Assembly: GCA_003693705.1 (NCBI GenBank)
Contig: RBZT01000127.1
Span: 1 to 64,000, forward strand
Direction of reading: 5' to 3'
From: Polymyxa betae A26-41
Lineage: Eukaryota; Protista; Endomyxa: Phytomyxea
DNA: 64,000 nt
Shown here: one piece after another, positions 1 to 10,599 of the stretch
Position numbering within the stretch: the first letter of the stretch is position 1
How the letters are laid out: every line of letters starts with the position of its first letter
The notes under the pieces: generated by a model
The model's input: only the letters and a program-made list of their open reading frames with translations
Told to the model about the DNA's origin: nothing
Databases searched by the model: none
Program-made: the position numbers and the translations under genes

Positions 1-80
1 CGTACAGTACGCAGTTGAAGAAAGAGAGGCATGAACTTGCGCAGGAAGTTGCGCAGTTTTTAAAAGAAAACTCTAATTAA
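1..80 (+). mobile_element. 3' end of a Gypsy (chromovirus-like) integrase/chromodomain ORF
   Basis: Frame 3 reads YSTQLKKERHELAQEVAQFLKENSN*, which aligns with the C-terminus of the chromodomain ORF at 8962-9441 (FAKNLKTEGHVLADEISEFFISS*). Both are followed by TTTTAATGCG. Confidence 0.6.
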
Positions 81-156
81 CGATCTACCAGATCGACTAC
101 GCTTTTCCTGAAAAGGTTTTTAATGCGAGTCGTCTGCGTTTAGGATTGATTGAAAG

Positions 157-269
157 GAGTATAAATGAGGTCGAGGTTGATGATAGAGGATATAGGGATC
201 TATATAACTGATGGTTTATTAATATTTTGATGACATTTTTTTCAAACCCTTAAACCCTAGAACCCTGAT
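157..269 (+). repeat. 113-bp direct repeat, copy 1 (Gypsy 3' UTR ending in telomere-like AAACCCT units)
   Basis: Identical to 7717-7829 except for one mismatch; ends ttcaaacccttaaaccctagaaccctgat. Confidence 0.95.
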
Positions 270-1121
270 CTATGAAACAGCCAGTCATACAGACTCGGTG
301 TGAAACGGGGAAGACTATCGAAAGTCGGTGTCTTCCCAGTTTCGCACCGTCTTTGTATGGATATCAATATGGACGTCGAGCAGATCGGTAAAAACATCGA
401 TGATTCCGCTTCTTCTGAGGAAGTGAAAAGCAAAAGACCTCAGCATGTTGAGACTATTCATCTCACCGCCCTAGCTCGCTCTTATCACCGAAATTTTTCC
501 GATTATTCAAAAAATCGGAAAAAGAAAACCTCCCAGCTAATTCCAGGGCCGGTTCGGAAAAGCGTTTGTTTGAAATTGATGATTTTTATCACAAAGATGT
601 TGTCGTCGTAGATGTTTGATGATCTAGTTAAGGAGCATCCTGAAACTGTGAATATGGATCAGGATAATTTGAAGCGGCATGTTCGTGAGTCCCTTAAAAC
701 AGCTGAAAACTGGCACTTCCAACGAAGGCAACGATAATGCAGCATTACAGGATGACGACTTGAAGAAGCGCTTGAAGATGACAAACAGCTATGCATCCAA
801 GGTGATGCTTGCCAAATGTTAGGCTATCGCCAATGCCAAAGCCTCCGTTGAGGATTCAGGTGGCTTGCCAACATGTGTTGAGGTGGGGAACCGGAAGCGG
901 TGATCCCACCCAAGACTAGTCGTATGGGCCTTCGACAGGCCCATACGAAGTCAGTCCAGGATCTGGCTGAAAATTTCAAAACCACATCAGCCGAGTTTAA
1001 AATCCATCTGGAAAGTAAAAGCCAGTTGGTCGAACTGTCCAAACTGCGAGCTGCATTCGAAATGGTCCTCATAACTGAGGCCAAAATGAAAGCGAAAGGG
1101 GCTGAATTGATCAATTTGTAA
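270..1121 (+). pseudogene. Degenerate accessory (probably Myb/SANT-like) gene of a PIF/Harbinger element
   Basis: Broken ORFs 300-611 and 900-1121 converge on the Harbinger transposase; the stops are ~60 bp apart once the MITE is removed. This two-gene layout is typical of Harbinger. The product is inferred from position. Confidence 0.4.
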
Positions 1122-1157
1122 AAATTGTTTAATACATATGTTTGTTTCTATTGTTAA

Positions 1158-1807
1158 GAGTGCGTCCGGATGCAGGCTGAAAACGCCGTTCCGTGGCGCA
1201 AATCGCCGTTTCACCTCCGCTTTGGGCAAAACGCCGTTTTGAAACTAAGTTGCAACTGTCTGGAGGCAAAACGGAGCCTCATCCGAAAACGCAGTTTTCT
1301 CTCCGTGAAACGGCGTTTTCAAAACGGAGCGACCTCCGTTTTGAAACCGTTTTGCGTGTCGCCGCACCTTGACGTACAGGATTCTGCGCATACGGCGTTT
1401 TGTCTTGGGTGTCTGGTGGCTCCAAGCCCATCAAAACGCCGTTTCAACTGTTGAATCAACAGCTATTTGGTGTTGCCGGATAAGAGAATTCAGATTGATT
1501 AAGAACGAAGTGTGGCTAAGGTACCAGAATCTCTCGTGCAATACACGGCCTTTTATTCAACTTCGATAAAGGTTTATTAATAATTGATTGGATATAAATA
1601 GCTGATGATAATGAAACTGACATTCTGGGACCTAACTCCGGCGCGCAGTTTTTGCTGCGCAGTTTTCTTGATATGCAGGAACATCATCTCGCGAGGACGG
1701 TAAGCCGATGAGAACTTCAACATCAACAAAACGCCGTTACGACTATTTGGGAAAACGGCGTTTTGCCGTAACGGAGTTTTGAAACACGGTCGCCTCCAGA
1801 CGCGCTC
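1158..1807. mobile_element. Tourist-like (PIF/Harbinger) MITE, 650 bp
   Basis: TAA target duplication at 1155-1157 and 1808-1810. Imperfect TIR GAGTGCGTCCGGATGC vs reverse complement GAGCGCGTCTGGAGGC. Many internal AAAACGCCGTT/AAAACGGAG repeats in both orientations. Confidence 0.85.
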
Positions 1808-1832
1808 TAAAGCGACAGTATTATCTGAACTA

Positions 1833-3020
1833 CTAGAAATCATATCCCCATCCGACACCCGGGCGCCCATTATTATCAAGGTCTGTTCGGAAATTCTGTC
1901 GACGTTGATGTAGGAAATTGGTCAAGGTTGCTGCTGCAAAAAAGATGTCAGCGAATTTTTCTCGGGTGTTATCAAACACTTTCATGCGACGCTTCCACTT
2001 TCGCTTCATCCCTCCAATACCCCATTCCACAGCAAACCTTTCTCCCGCATGCATTTTGTTGAATGCTTTGATGGCTCAGGAACGTTTTCATCAGCTCGTT
2101 CCCGACTGTCAATTCGCCGCTGAATATACATGTGCCCTGTTATTGAAATTTAACAGCCTGAAAATCGTGATCAATTACCTACCCATATAGCCAGGATCTC
2201 CTAGAACATATCCTGATATTCATCGGTAGGGTGAAGCACGTCCTACAGTTTTCGTCGAGTTCGGACTGCCGAAGAATTTTAACGTCATGGAATGATCCAA
2301 GATATCCTTGAACGACGAAAATAAATAGACCATTATGATCAACAGCTACAGTATTGTTGAAGCAATGCATCTTTTTCCGACCATTGTACCATCTTCTCTC
2401 TTGCTCATCATCTTTCGGCTTCCGGATCTTGCAAAGAGTTCCATCTATAAATCCAATGCAGCCCTTAAACTGAGGCAGAACTGTTCCAAGCGCTCGTCTT
2501 TCATTGGCGTTAGGCCAACGAAGTTCATCTCCACAAGAGATTCGAATGCAGTGAGCGATGAATATCTTGTCATCGCAAACCCTGCTACGTGCCCAGTTCC
2601 ACAGACAGGTATCGAAGACGCATGTATTGTCGTGCTTCAAATACATTAAAAAAAATTACAGTCGCTGATCGGGCGACAGCTTGGGCGGGCGTCCTGCTCC
2701 TCGAATAGGATCGCCCGTAGATCCAGCGGTTGTTGCTATAGTAAGGCAAACTTTTTGGCATAGTTCTTGAAATTTGTAAGTCGAAAAGTTTGTCATAGTT
2801 TAAATATCGAAGGACATCTCCAAAGTGACCCCAGAAAGTCACGAACGCCTACGCTGGGATCAACAGACTGTTGAAATATGTCCTGATCGTCGCCATCCAT
2901 CTCATCCAAGGCAGTCAGCAATGCTGTTGCTGAATGGTACATAAAAGAGTACGACTCAAAAAGGGAGTCATCCGAATCGTCCGAAAAGAAGTCAGAATCA
3001 TCCTCAGATCAGACATCATA
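1833..3020 (-). pseudogene. PIF/Harbinger (DDE_Tnp_4, HARBI1-like) transposase, frameshifted
   Basis: Motifs CIGFIDGT, YNGRKKMH, GSFHD, GDPGY and RFAVEWGIGGMKRKW are spread over several frames. Confidence 0.85.
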
Positions 3021-3099
3021 GAAAGTCTGTTTGGATAAAACGAGTTTATGATAAATTACGGATAGCAGATTCTAAACAGAGTTCAAAGTATACCAGTTC

Positions 3100-3700
3100 T
3101 TTCTATATCTTACCCCATTTCTGTTTGATGTTATTGTTGCGTGTGACTGGTTACAACATGTTAATCCAGATATTGGTTTGCGCTGCAAAATTGATTCTGC
3201 CGCCGATATTCCTGATATTTCCGGTCCCCCAATACTCCAATCAGCAGCTTGATCCCTACTTTCAATGCTAACTGTCCAGCTTTTCCAACTGATCAGATAA
3301 GAAACCCGATCATTAACTTCCAGCTACTCAGATTTCTTAGACGTGTTTTCCCAGAAGAATGCTGACACTATACCCCTCATCATCGGTCCTATGACTGTTC
3401 GATTGAACTACAACCCTAAAACAGTTGGAAATGGTCAAATGGACAATTCTCGATAACTATCGATCTCTTCCTGGCCACAACCTGGCTCCATAAAGGATTA
3501 TTAATTTTTTTAGGATTCGGTGACTTATCGACAGTTGATTGCCAACTCCGCGAAGATATGCGTGATAATTTGCTCCATGATTAAAACACACACAATTCTG
3601 CTGGATTATCGCTTGCCAAAAAACGTTGGAAAAACAGAAGGATTTTGGTTTCCGCCCCGTCATAGCTACATATAACCATTCTTTACTCATCGTCAACCAG
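3100..3700 (+). mobile_element. Gypsy pol remnant (protease C-terminus, PR-RT linker, RT/RNase H connection)
   Basis: Hand translation gives DVIVACDWLQHVNPDI, YSDFLDVFSQKNADTIP and WPQPGSIK...FLGF, with stops and deletions. Confidence 0.6.
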
Positions 3701-4019
3701 AGCTGATATAGGATGGCTCTGTATAAAAACGGGATTGGTGAGTCAAAATTTTGGAGCAATTGTTTTGAACACGAACCGTTGATGCCAAGGATAAACTGGT
3801 GGCTTTGTGGATATCGATGCTGTACGGTGGTAGAAGAAGAATGCGTGGTGGAGGAGGCGGGATTTGTCGTTGGAAGAGTAAGGTTTCCGTGTGTTTTGAA
3901 AGGGACAGGGGAATCCACCAGATCAGGCCTGTCCGTCGGCTTTTGCCTATGGAGGGGATTCGTTTCGGGAGGCGTTGCGGGCCTTTCATTTGGGGCAGTC
4001 TTCAGCGTGCTCTTGGTTG

Positions 4020-4818
4020 AGCAAATGAATGACCACACAGTGAAATCTTCGGCTAGTACTGTCCTCTCATTGTTCTTCTTTCCTTTGCTTTTAACATGTC
4101 GAAAATCACTGGAATCGCCTTTCTTGCGTCCTCTGGATGTGTTATAGAACTTGCACTCTTGTTTACGCTCAGATTTGTTACGACCGTGGAAGGCTACTTC
4201 CATTTCACGCCGGCTCGGTTTGTTGCTGTTCCTCTCTTCCAGAATTGCTAATATCTCATCAACAACTGAGTCGAAAGTCGGGATCTTGTCTCGTGTCTTA
4301 AAAGACTCCTTGTAGTACTTCCATTCATGATGTGGCCGTCTCTCCATCATTTAATATATCGCCATAGAGTCGTTCATATCGCATCCTGCAGACTTCATCT
4401 CGATTCTTATTTTCCGGATCTCATCAATCAAATCCGGAATACTATTTCCGCAATCTTGCAGAGTGAGACGATCAAGTCTCTCCTTCAATACAATTTGCTC
4501 ACTTTCAGACTTTCTTGTAAAGTAGCCTTTGAGTTTCTTGAATTTCGCCTCAGGCGAACGTTCTCCGAGCGTGATCACCTTGTAGCGATCCCGGAGTAGC
4601 ATGTTCAGTTTGTGTAGAAGAATCGTGGATCTCGCCTGATAATCTTTGAGCTTTTCTTTTTCAGATTCAGAAGGCATTGTTTCCATTCCAGTCAGTATCC
4701 CATCCAAATTCATGGCGGTGGCGCCAATCATGACATCTTCCGACCCGATTATCCAGTTCTTCTCGTCTAGGTCATACGACGCTAGCGGATTCTTAAGCGA
4801 TGATGCTGGGCCCATAAC
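4020..4818 (-). mobile_element. Copia gag remnant with PBS
   Basis: Copia-type gag helical region with an in-frame stop at 4351-4353. Minus strand reads GTTATGGGCCCAG (half-tRNA-iMet PBS) overlapping the ATG. C-terminal degenerate zinc finger CKFYNTSRGRKKGDSSDFRH. Confidence 0.7.
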
Positions 4819-5116
4819 ATGTTAGATTACCGGAACGCTACGGACCTGCCTTTTAATGCGTTCTCAGACAGTTTATTGCGATTCATCGGCAAAAAACTGC
4901 GATCCGTGATCCAGCCTGCTTTTTTCTGCTTTCTTTCAAAATGCGCCCTATCACGGGATTATTGTAGAAGGCCTTCTCAATAAAAACTTGCATTGCTCTG
5001 CCTTTCTCTGTTGCGACAATCTGCCTTTCTCTGTGCGAAATTCCGGATTTGGAGAAAATGAATAAAACGCTACAATGGGCCGTATGGTCTTCGAAGACCA
5101 TACGGCCGAACAGCTT

Positions 5117-6099
5117 TTAACAAATAATTGATAAGCATCTTGCGTCCGTCGTCATCCTCCCGTGACCGCTGCAAGCGGTGTCGTTGGATATGTCTTCAAA
5201 CTCTTGCATGAATTTCTCCACACCGTTCAACGGTACTCCAGGAGTTGGCACCATTTTCAGCTTGGCCATTGCAGCTTGAATCAGGTATACATGATCAGCC
5301 TCTTGCCGCAATTCTGTGTGAATCCATCTCTGAAGCACAGCGTCAGTGAGTAAAGAAACCTCATACTCCTCCCCGGGAAATCCATAATAAGCGATATAAA
5401 TCAGCTTTTCTGGAGAGATTAAAGACCTCCACGTCACATATTCGCCCAACTGCGAGCGACGTTCTCGAAAGTCCTTAGCTTCTTCATACCAAACTGACAA
5501 TTCTGCTCTAGAGTTGCCAGCATAACGAGAGGAAGCATCAGCCTGGACCACAACTGCGGGCATGGCTTCAAAACGCCTACCTGGTATCAGGAACAAAGGT
5601 GAGTGAGGAAGGCGGCGCCGTTAAGACAAGGAATAGAGACAAGCTAGACTGAGACGGGACGGAAACACTAGAAGGTAGGAGGTGGAAGATGCTGAAACAA
5701 CGTTTATAAGGCAATTACAAGTATGAACTCAGATCAGAACCAGGCCACAGAAGTCAACCAAACCGGTAATGCCAAGAAGGATTTGACGCACTCACGCACT
5801 TATTCAGGGGCATGACCTTCTGCATAGGCTGCGACAATGGGCTGCGCCCACATGTCTCTGACACCTGGGCGTCTGTTGCTGCTAAACTCAGCACCAACAG
5901 CATCATCGGAGTCTCGTGACTGCCGATGGGGTCCATCTTCGGGCTTTTCCGCGTCTTGGTGAACATTTTCATCGACCTGAACACCAAGAATAGGTTCGGG
6001 AGCTGGTACTGGCTCAATGTGCATATTCTCCACACCGATCGCGACATCCGAGAGTGAGCTCTCATCCACAGAGTGCTTGTCGTTGATTGCACCAGCCAT
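5117..6099 (-). mobile_element. Probable Gypsy gag remnant
   Basis: Two broken ORFs (5800-6099, 5117-5596) lie directly downstream of an LTR-like segment; family assignment is inferred from context. Confidence 0.4.
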
Positions 6100-6151
6100 T
6101 GCTTGATAAACAGCTGTAAAGAATTCTTTATAGCGCTACTTGAGATCTCGA

Positions 6152-6333
6152 TGTTAAGATTGCAATGATGAATGCAGAATGAATATATTAGATAGATTAC
6201 AAGCCCTGAAATACTGCCAGAGTCGGAGGATAGCTCGGACCTCGAAGAGTTTCCGGTTCATCGGAGCATATTCAATATAGTGAGCTTTCCGATTCATCGG
6301 AGCTTAGTCAATATAGTGCGCTAAATATTGACA
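6152..6333 (-). mobile_element. LTR-like segment (182 bp)
   Basis: TGTTAA...TTGACA termini; contains a 36-bp tandem duplication (6250-6285/6286-6321). No TSD or clear PBS seen. Confidence 0.45.
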
Positions 6334-6479
6334 CAAGACGTACAATTCTATAAACGAGATACTAGAGAAAATGAGAGCTAGAGTTACGGTGGTATAACCG
6401 AAACACTTTATGAAAAATACAAAAGCAGCAGCTTCTGTCTTGTCATCAGTTGAGTCACCATCGTAGTCATCACACCGTT

Positions 6480-6990
6480 TTAACTGTTTTGTGATCATAA
6501 ACACCTTATCCAAATTTTTTCTCCGCACCAGGTTACAAAACCGACTGCGCAGAAACTGTAAAGATGGGCTCTGGAGATGCAGAGATTTCGCTATGAAATT
6601 GAACATATCAAAGGCGAAGATAATCATTGGGCTGTCCTCATGACCAGATGGGGAGCCAGTCCGAGTTCAGAAGGTCAAACTGTAGTAGTTTGAAGAACAA
6701 AGCGCCTTCAGATACCCGATGAAGCACGGGTACGACCTTTACAAAGGCCTGAGTTTATCTGGCCGTCGGTTGAAGAAAAGAAATTAAAAAGGCACAAGAA
6801 ATGTTAATTATAAAAAACCCTAGGTATAATGAAGATGGGTTATGATGACGCATGATGAAAAAAAGATTTTTATACCAAAAGCTGGTGATTTGAAGATTAG
6901 ATTATGTATCATTGCGCACGCCGGCGGTAATAACGGCCATTTGGGTTTCCAGGCCGCTACGCAGAAGTTATCGCAAAATTCTTACTGTGT
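6480..6990 (+). mobile_element. Gypsy pol remnant (RNase H end and integrase zinc-binding region)
   Basis: CDHKHL...KL*RWALEMQRFRYEIEHIKGEDNHWA and AHAGGNNGHLG motifs. Confidence 0.8.
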
Positions 6991-7716
6991 CTCAATAGAA
7001 AATAATGTTACCTGTAACATTACTTATGTACCGAGTGATCTCCACCAATCACTCTTCCAGTGCTTTCTTGGTCTATGAGTGGCGGAGAGTACTCCGTGAG
7101 TGGATTCTAAATCGATGAATCTTCCCTGTCGTTTCCCAGGTGGTCCCAATTAGTGGCTAGTGCTGTCTCGAGCATGTGAATCCTCAGACAATAAAAGGGC
7201 TAATTACATCGCATAACAAATCAGAATTCATTTCACATCACAACAGTAACATCAAAGTCTAAGATTGCCATAAAGAATTCTTTTGGTATGCAGGCCCACA
7301 ACCCTAACCCTAACCAATCAACGTCCGTGGACTTTCGATTGCTGCAACGATGGCGCCGACGGCTCCTGCTGCGCCGCCCGAGCCCGGCCCCGCGTCGATT
7401 ACGTCCCTCCTAAGTCTACTAACCAGATACAAGCCCTACTTCAACTGTCAGAAGTGCGGTCTGGACGATAAGCAGAGACTCGTCGGTCAAGCTAGACTAC
7501 CGTCTCCGATGTACGCAGCTCTGCCGGGCTAGCCTGCTTCTGCCCGATGCCGTGGCTCTACTGCTTACACGCGCTGAACTTGATTCCGATGACCACAAGA
7601 ACCAACTCGAAACCTGGGCCGCACGGCTCCGGCCGCCTCTCCCCGCCTTCAAGAAGCCCACGAACGTCCTCGAGTACCAAGACGACCAAGCTCCGCAAGT
7701 CCGCGGAGGCCGAAAA

Positions 7717-7829
7717 GAGTATAAATGAGGTCGAGGTTGATGATAGAGGATATAGGGATCTATATAACTGATGGTTTATTAATATTTTGATGACATTTTT
7801 TTCAAACCCTAAAACCCTAGAACCCTGAT
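7717..7829 (+). repeat. 113-bp direct repeat, copy 2
   Basis: Matches 157-269 at an offset of 7560 bp. Confidence 0.95.
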
Positions 7830-7920
7830 GAAGATGACATTTGGAGATCTGATCAATCTTCAATAGTTTCGATGGACAATAAAAAGCTATCTAAAGGGAA
7901 TTAAAATGAGGACATATTTT

Positions 7921-7955
7921 GAGGAGGGGAGTGTATCATTTATTACAATAATAAT
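7921..7955 (+). mobile_element. Polypurine tract and start of a Gypsy 3' LTR
   Basis: GAGGAGGGGAG followed by TGTATCATTTATTACAATAAT; near-identical junction at 10451-10482. Confidence 0.7.
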
Positions 7956-8961
7956 ATAAAATTCTGAATTCCCAAAAAAGACGGTACGCAGTTTGACGAA
8001 CTGCGTACGCAATGGCTCCTGATGACGGACGCATAAANNATGCGAACCTGATGGAAGTATGACGACGTACCGTACCAATGCGTCCATACAAAATCTTTGT
8101 TACCTATAGGGTGGCCTGATAACTCATCAATTCCCATTCTGACTCTATATTTGGATAGATCTCGTCGAATGGAATCCGAAAATAGAAAGATTTTTCCAGT
8201 TACGCAAAAACTTTGTATGGAAATCCATAGTTTTGCGACTACTATGGGGAATCCAACAATAGCCGAAAAATGTGATAAAACCCCATACTAGCGCACTTTT
8301 TTCCACAGTCACGCAACTTTTACTTTTTTGTAATGAGTTTTTCAAGGCAGGTTTCGCGAAATTGCGCCATGCTGCCTTCATTCCTGTTAATTTTGTTGTT
8401 TTAATGCCCAAGCTAAAGAAGCAGCTGCGCCACCTGACGAATGCGAGGGAAGCGAAGAAGCGTCCGGCCGTTAATACCGCCGATTCCGATGCAGAAATGA
8501 TTAGCCTTGATGATGAGACCGATATTGAGCAAGAAGTTAACGTTACTAGCGAGAACACTGCGATTATTCCTGGCAAGGGCTGCAAGCGACAGTTCCGCAG
8601 TCATTGAAATCAGTATGTTCAAGTATCTCAGAGCATAATTCTTTCGCGATCCTAGGTTCCGACCGCTGTGAGGACAAGTTGAGTATGCTGTGCGCAAGTA
8701 TCGTTGACACCGATCGGTTCCGCAGAACATTATTGATGAACTTTAACACCTGCAACAAATACATGACAGATTCTGCGACGCACTTTTTCACAATTTTTTG
8801 AAAAGTGCGTACGCACTTTTGAAAAACGAATTGAGACTATTGTAGGTTTAAGATGTCCGGTACGGACCTTAATATTAATAGGCTCGACCCCCGAGAGGNN
8901 NNNNNNNNNCTGGAATAAATCAGAGTTGATAACGAGATGTAATTCGTGTGTGTCAATTTAG

Positions 8962-9441
8962 TTGCGTATCGCGATTGGAGGATCCGCTCCACTAGTGGGG
9001 TTAGCAGAGCCGACAAAAATGTCCGGTCGCAAACTATTCTTGAAATGGCCTGGCCCGTACCGAATCGTGGCGGCGGAATCCAATTATGTGTTTGAGATCG
9101 AAAACATAATTGACTCAAGCAAAAAGTGGATCCACGGAGATCGGATTCGATTATATGAAGATGACAAATTAAATGTCACTGAAGAAATTAGAAAACAGTT
9201 TGCCCACGATAACGAAAATTATCTGGTGGAGAAATTGAAGGGCTGTAGAGGAAATACATCCACAAACCAGTTAGAGCTGTTAGTAGCTTGGAAGGGGTTC
9301 TCGATTGACGAAAATTCATGGGAACCATTGAAGACCCTTTACGAAGACATACCTGAAAAGGTAAAAAATTTTGCGAAGAATCTGAAGACTGAGGGCCATG
9401 TTCTGGCTGACGAAATCTCGGAATTTTTTATATCCAGTTGA
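8962..9441 (+). mobile_element. Gypsy chromovirus integrase C-terminus (GPY/F) with chromodomain
   Basis: KLFLKWPGPYRIV...IHGDRIRLY, then YLVEKL...LLVAWKGFSIDENSWEP. Lies just after an assembly gap (Ns near 8899-8909). Confidence 0.9.
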
Positions 9442-10450
9442 AAGTTAAATAAATAAGTCTAAGCTTTTATCCCTAAAGGGTTTTAATGCGGATATTTGTG
9501 TAATATGAATAGATAATGGATGGAATCGCTATATCTGAGAAATAGAGGAAGAGGACAACTGATTTGCGTGCGCAAAAAAACGATTGCGCAGTAACGCATT
9601 TATAATTGCACCACAGCGCACTCTGTCTCTCGACGCTCTTTTTGAAATGATTTGTTCATGTGGCTTGTCCGATGCCTGGATTTGGGGCCACTGGTAGTAA
9701 TCGCCATGAGATCCATGAATCAACACTCATCAACAACTTGGATTCCACAGAAACGTTCGCCAGACGTTCATGCCAGCCTCTGTCTGCCCTTTCAGTTCAA
9801 TTGCCGTGCTATATCTCAGTGTAATTGCTATTTCTCTGATAAATGACTATCTACTTTGTGACAAAACCTCGTAATGCCCATGTACGCTGCTGTTGCCATC
9901 GTAACACATCGTAATCATTTTTGATTCTGTATTACGAACTAGCTCGCGGACCAATGAGAAAATCAATGCCTTACCAGTCTGCCATCAAATCTTAGACGAC
10001 GCTCCACTAAATAATGTCAATGACAACAAAAAATACGCAGGATTTTTGATGAATTCTCTCGAGAGCGAGCCGAAGAGCATTTATCCTTTCCAAAACAAAC
10101 CGATATTCGTTCTTTCTACGAGATTATTATCTCAAAAAACCATAAAAATGTAATTTATTATGGACTCTTATAATTAATTTTGAGAAAATACTAATTATAA
10201 GCCATAGAACGGATGTTGGGAGAGCACATTTGTATCAATAATAAGACATTATTATTTATGAGAAAATTATTGATAAGAGAGTCTACAGTACAGCTTTAAC
10301 ACTGCGACAGGAATATATGCAGTATTTCAAAACTGCGTGAGCAGGACTTTTGAATTTTTTCACTGCGCAATTTATGTAACCCTAAACACTAACCCTTACA
10401 GTAGGAATTGGCTTGAAATTTCTAATCAATGAATTATTATCGTGTTCTTT

Positions 10451-10482
10451 GAGGAAGGGAGTGTGTCAATTATTACAATAAT
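10451..10482 (+). mobile_element. Polypurine tract and start of a Gypsy 3' LTR
   Basis: GAGGAAGGGAG followed by TGTGTCAATTATTACAATAAT. Confidence 0.7.
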
Positions 10483-10599
10483 TTCCCAAAACTATTCATT
10501 ATTTTTATATATATATTAACTACCCCTCTAATCGGTCCGACTCCGCTACGGACTCCGTGGCGGGAATAACCGGACCGAGCTGGATGGAAGAGATTCCAT

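Noticed and set aside
1170-1800. AAAACGCCGTT repeats as a CRISPR-like array
   Set aside because: Irregular spacing, both orientations, and enclosed by TIRs and a TAA TSD: these are MITE subterminal repeats.
3457-4020. C-terminal half of the 297-aa minus-strand ORF as real Gag sequence
   Set aside because: It reads through into antisense Gypsy pol debris, so the ORF is chimeric.
5582-5590. TGGTATCAG as a tRNA-iMet PBS
   Set aside because: Only 9 nt, no adjacent LTR end, and opposite to the local ORF orientation.
9560-9960. Possible piggyBac-like transposase C-terminus on the minus strand
   Set aside because: Only faint motifs across several frames; too degraded to support.
10532-10578. Nested GC-rich stem-loop
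   Set aside because: Lies at an LTR/MULE junction and is probably TE-internal; no independent evidence of function.
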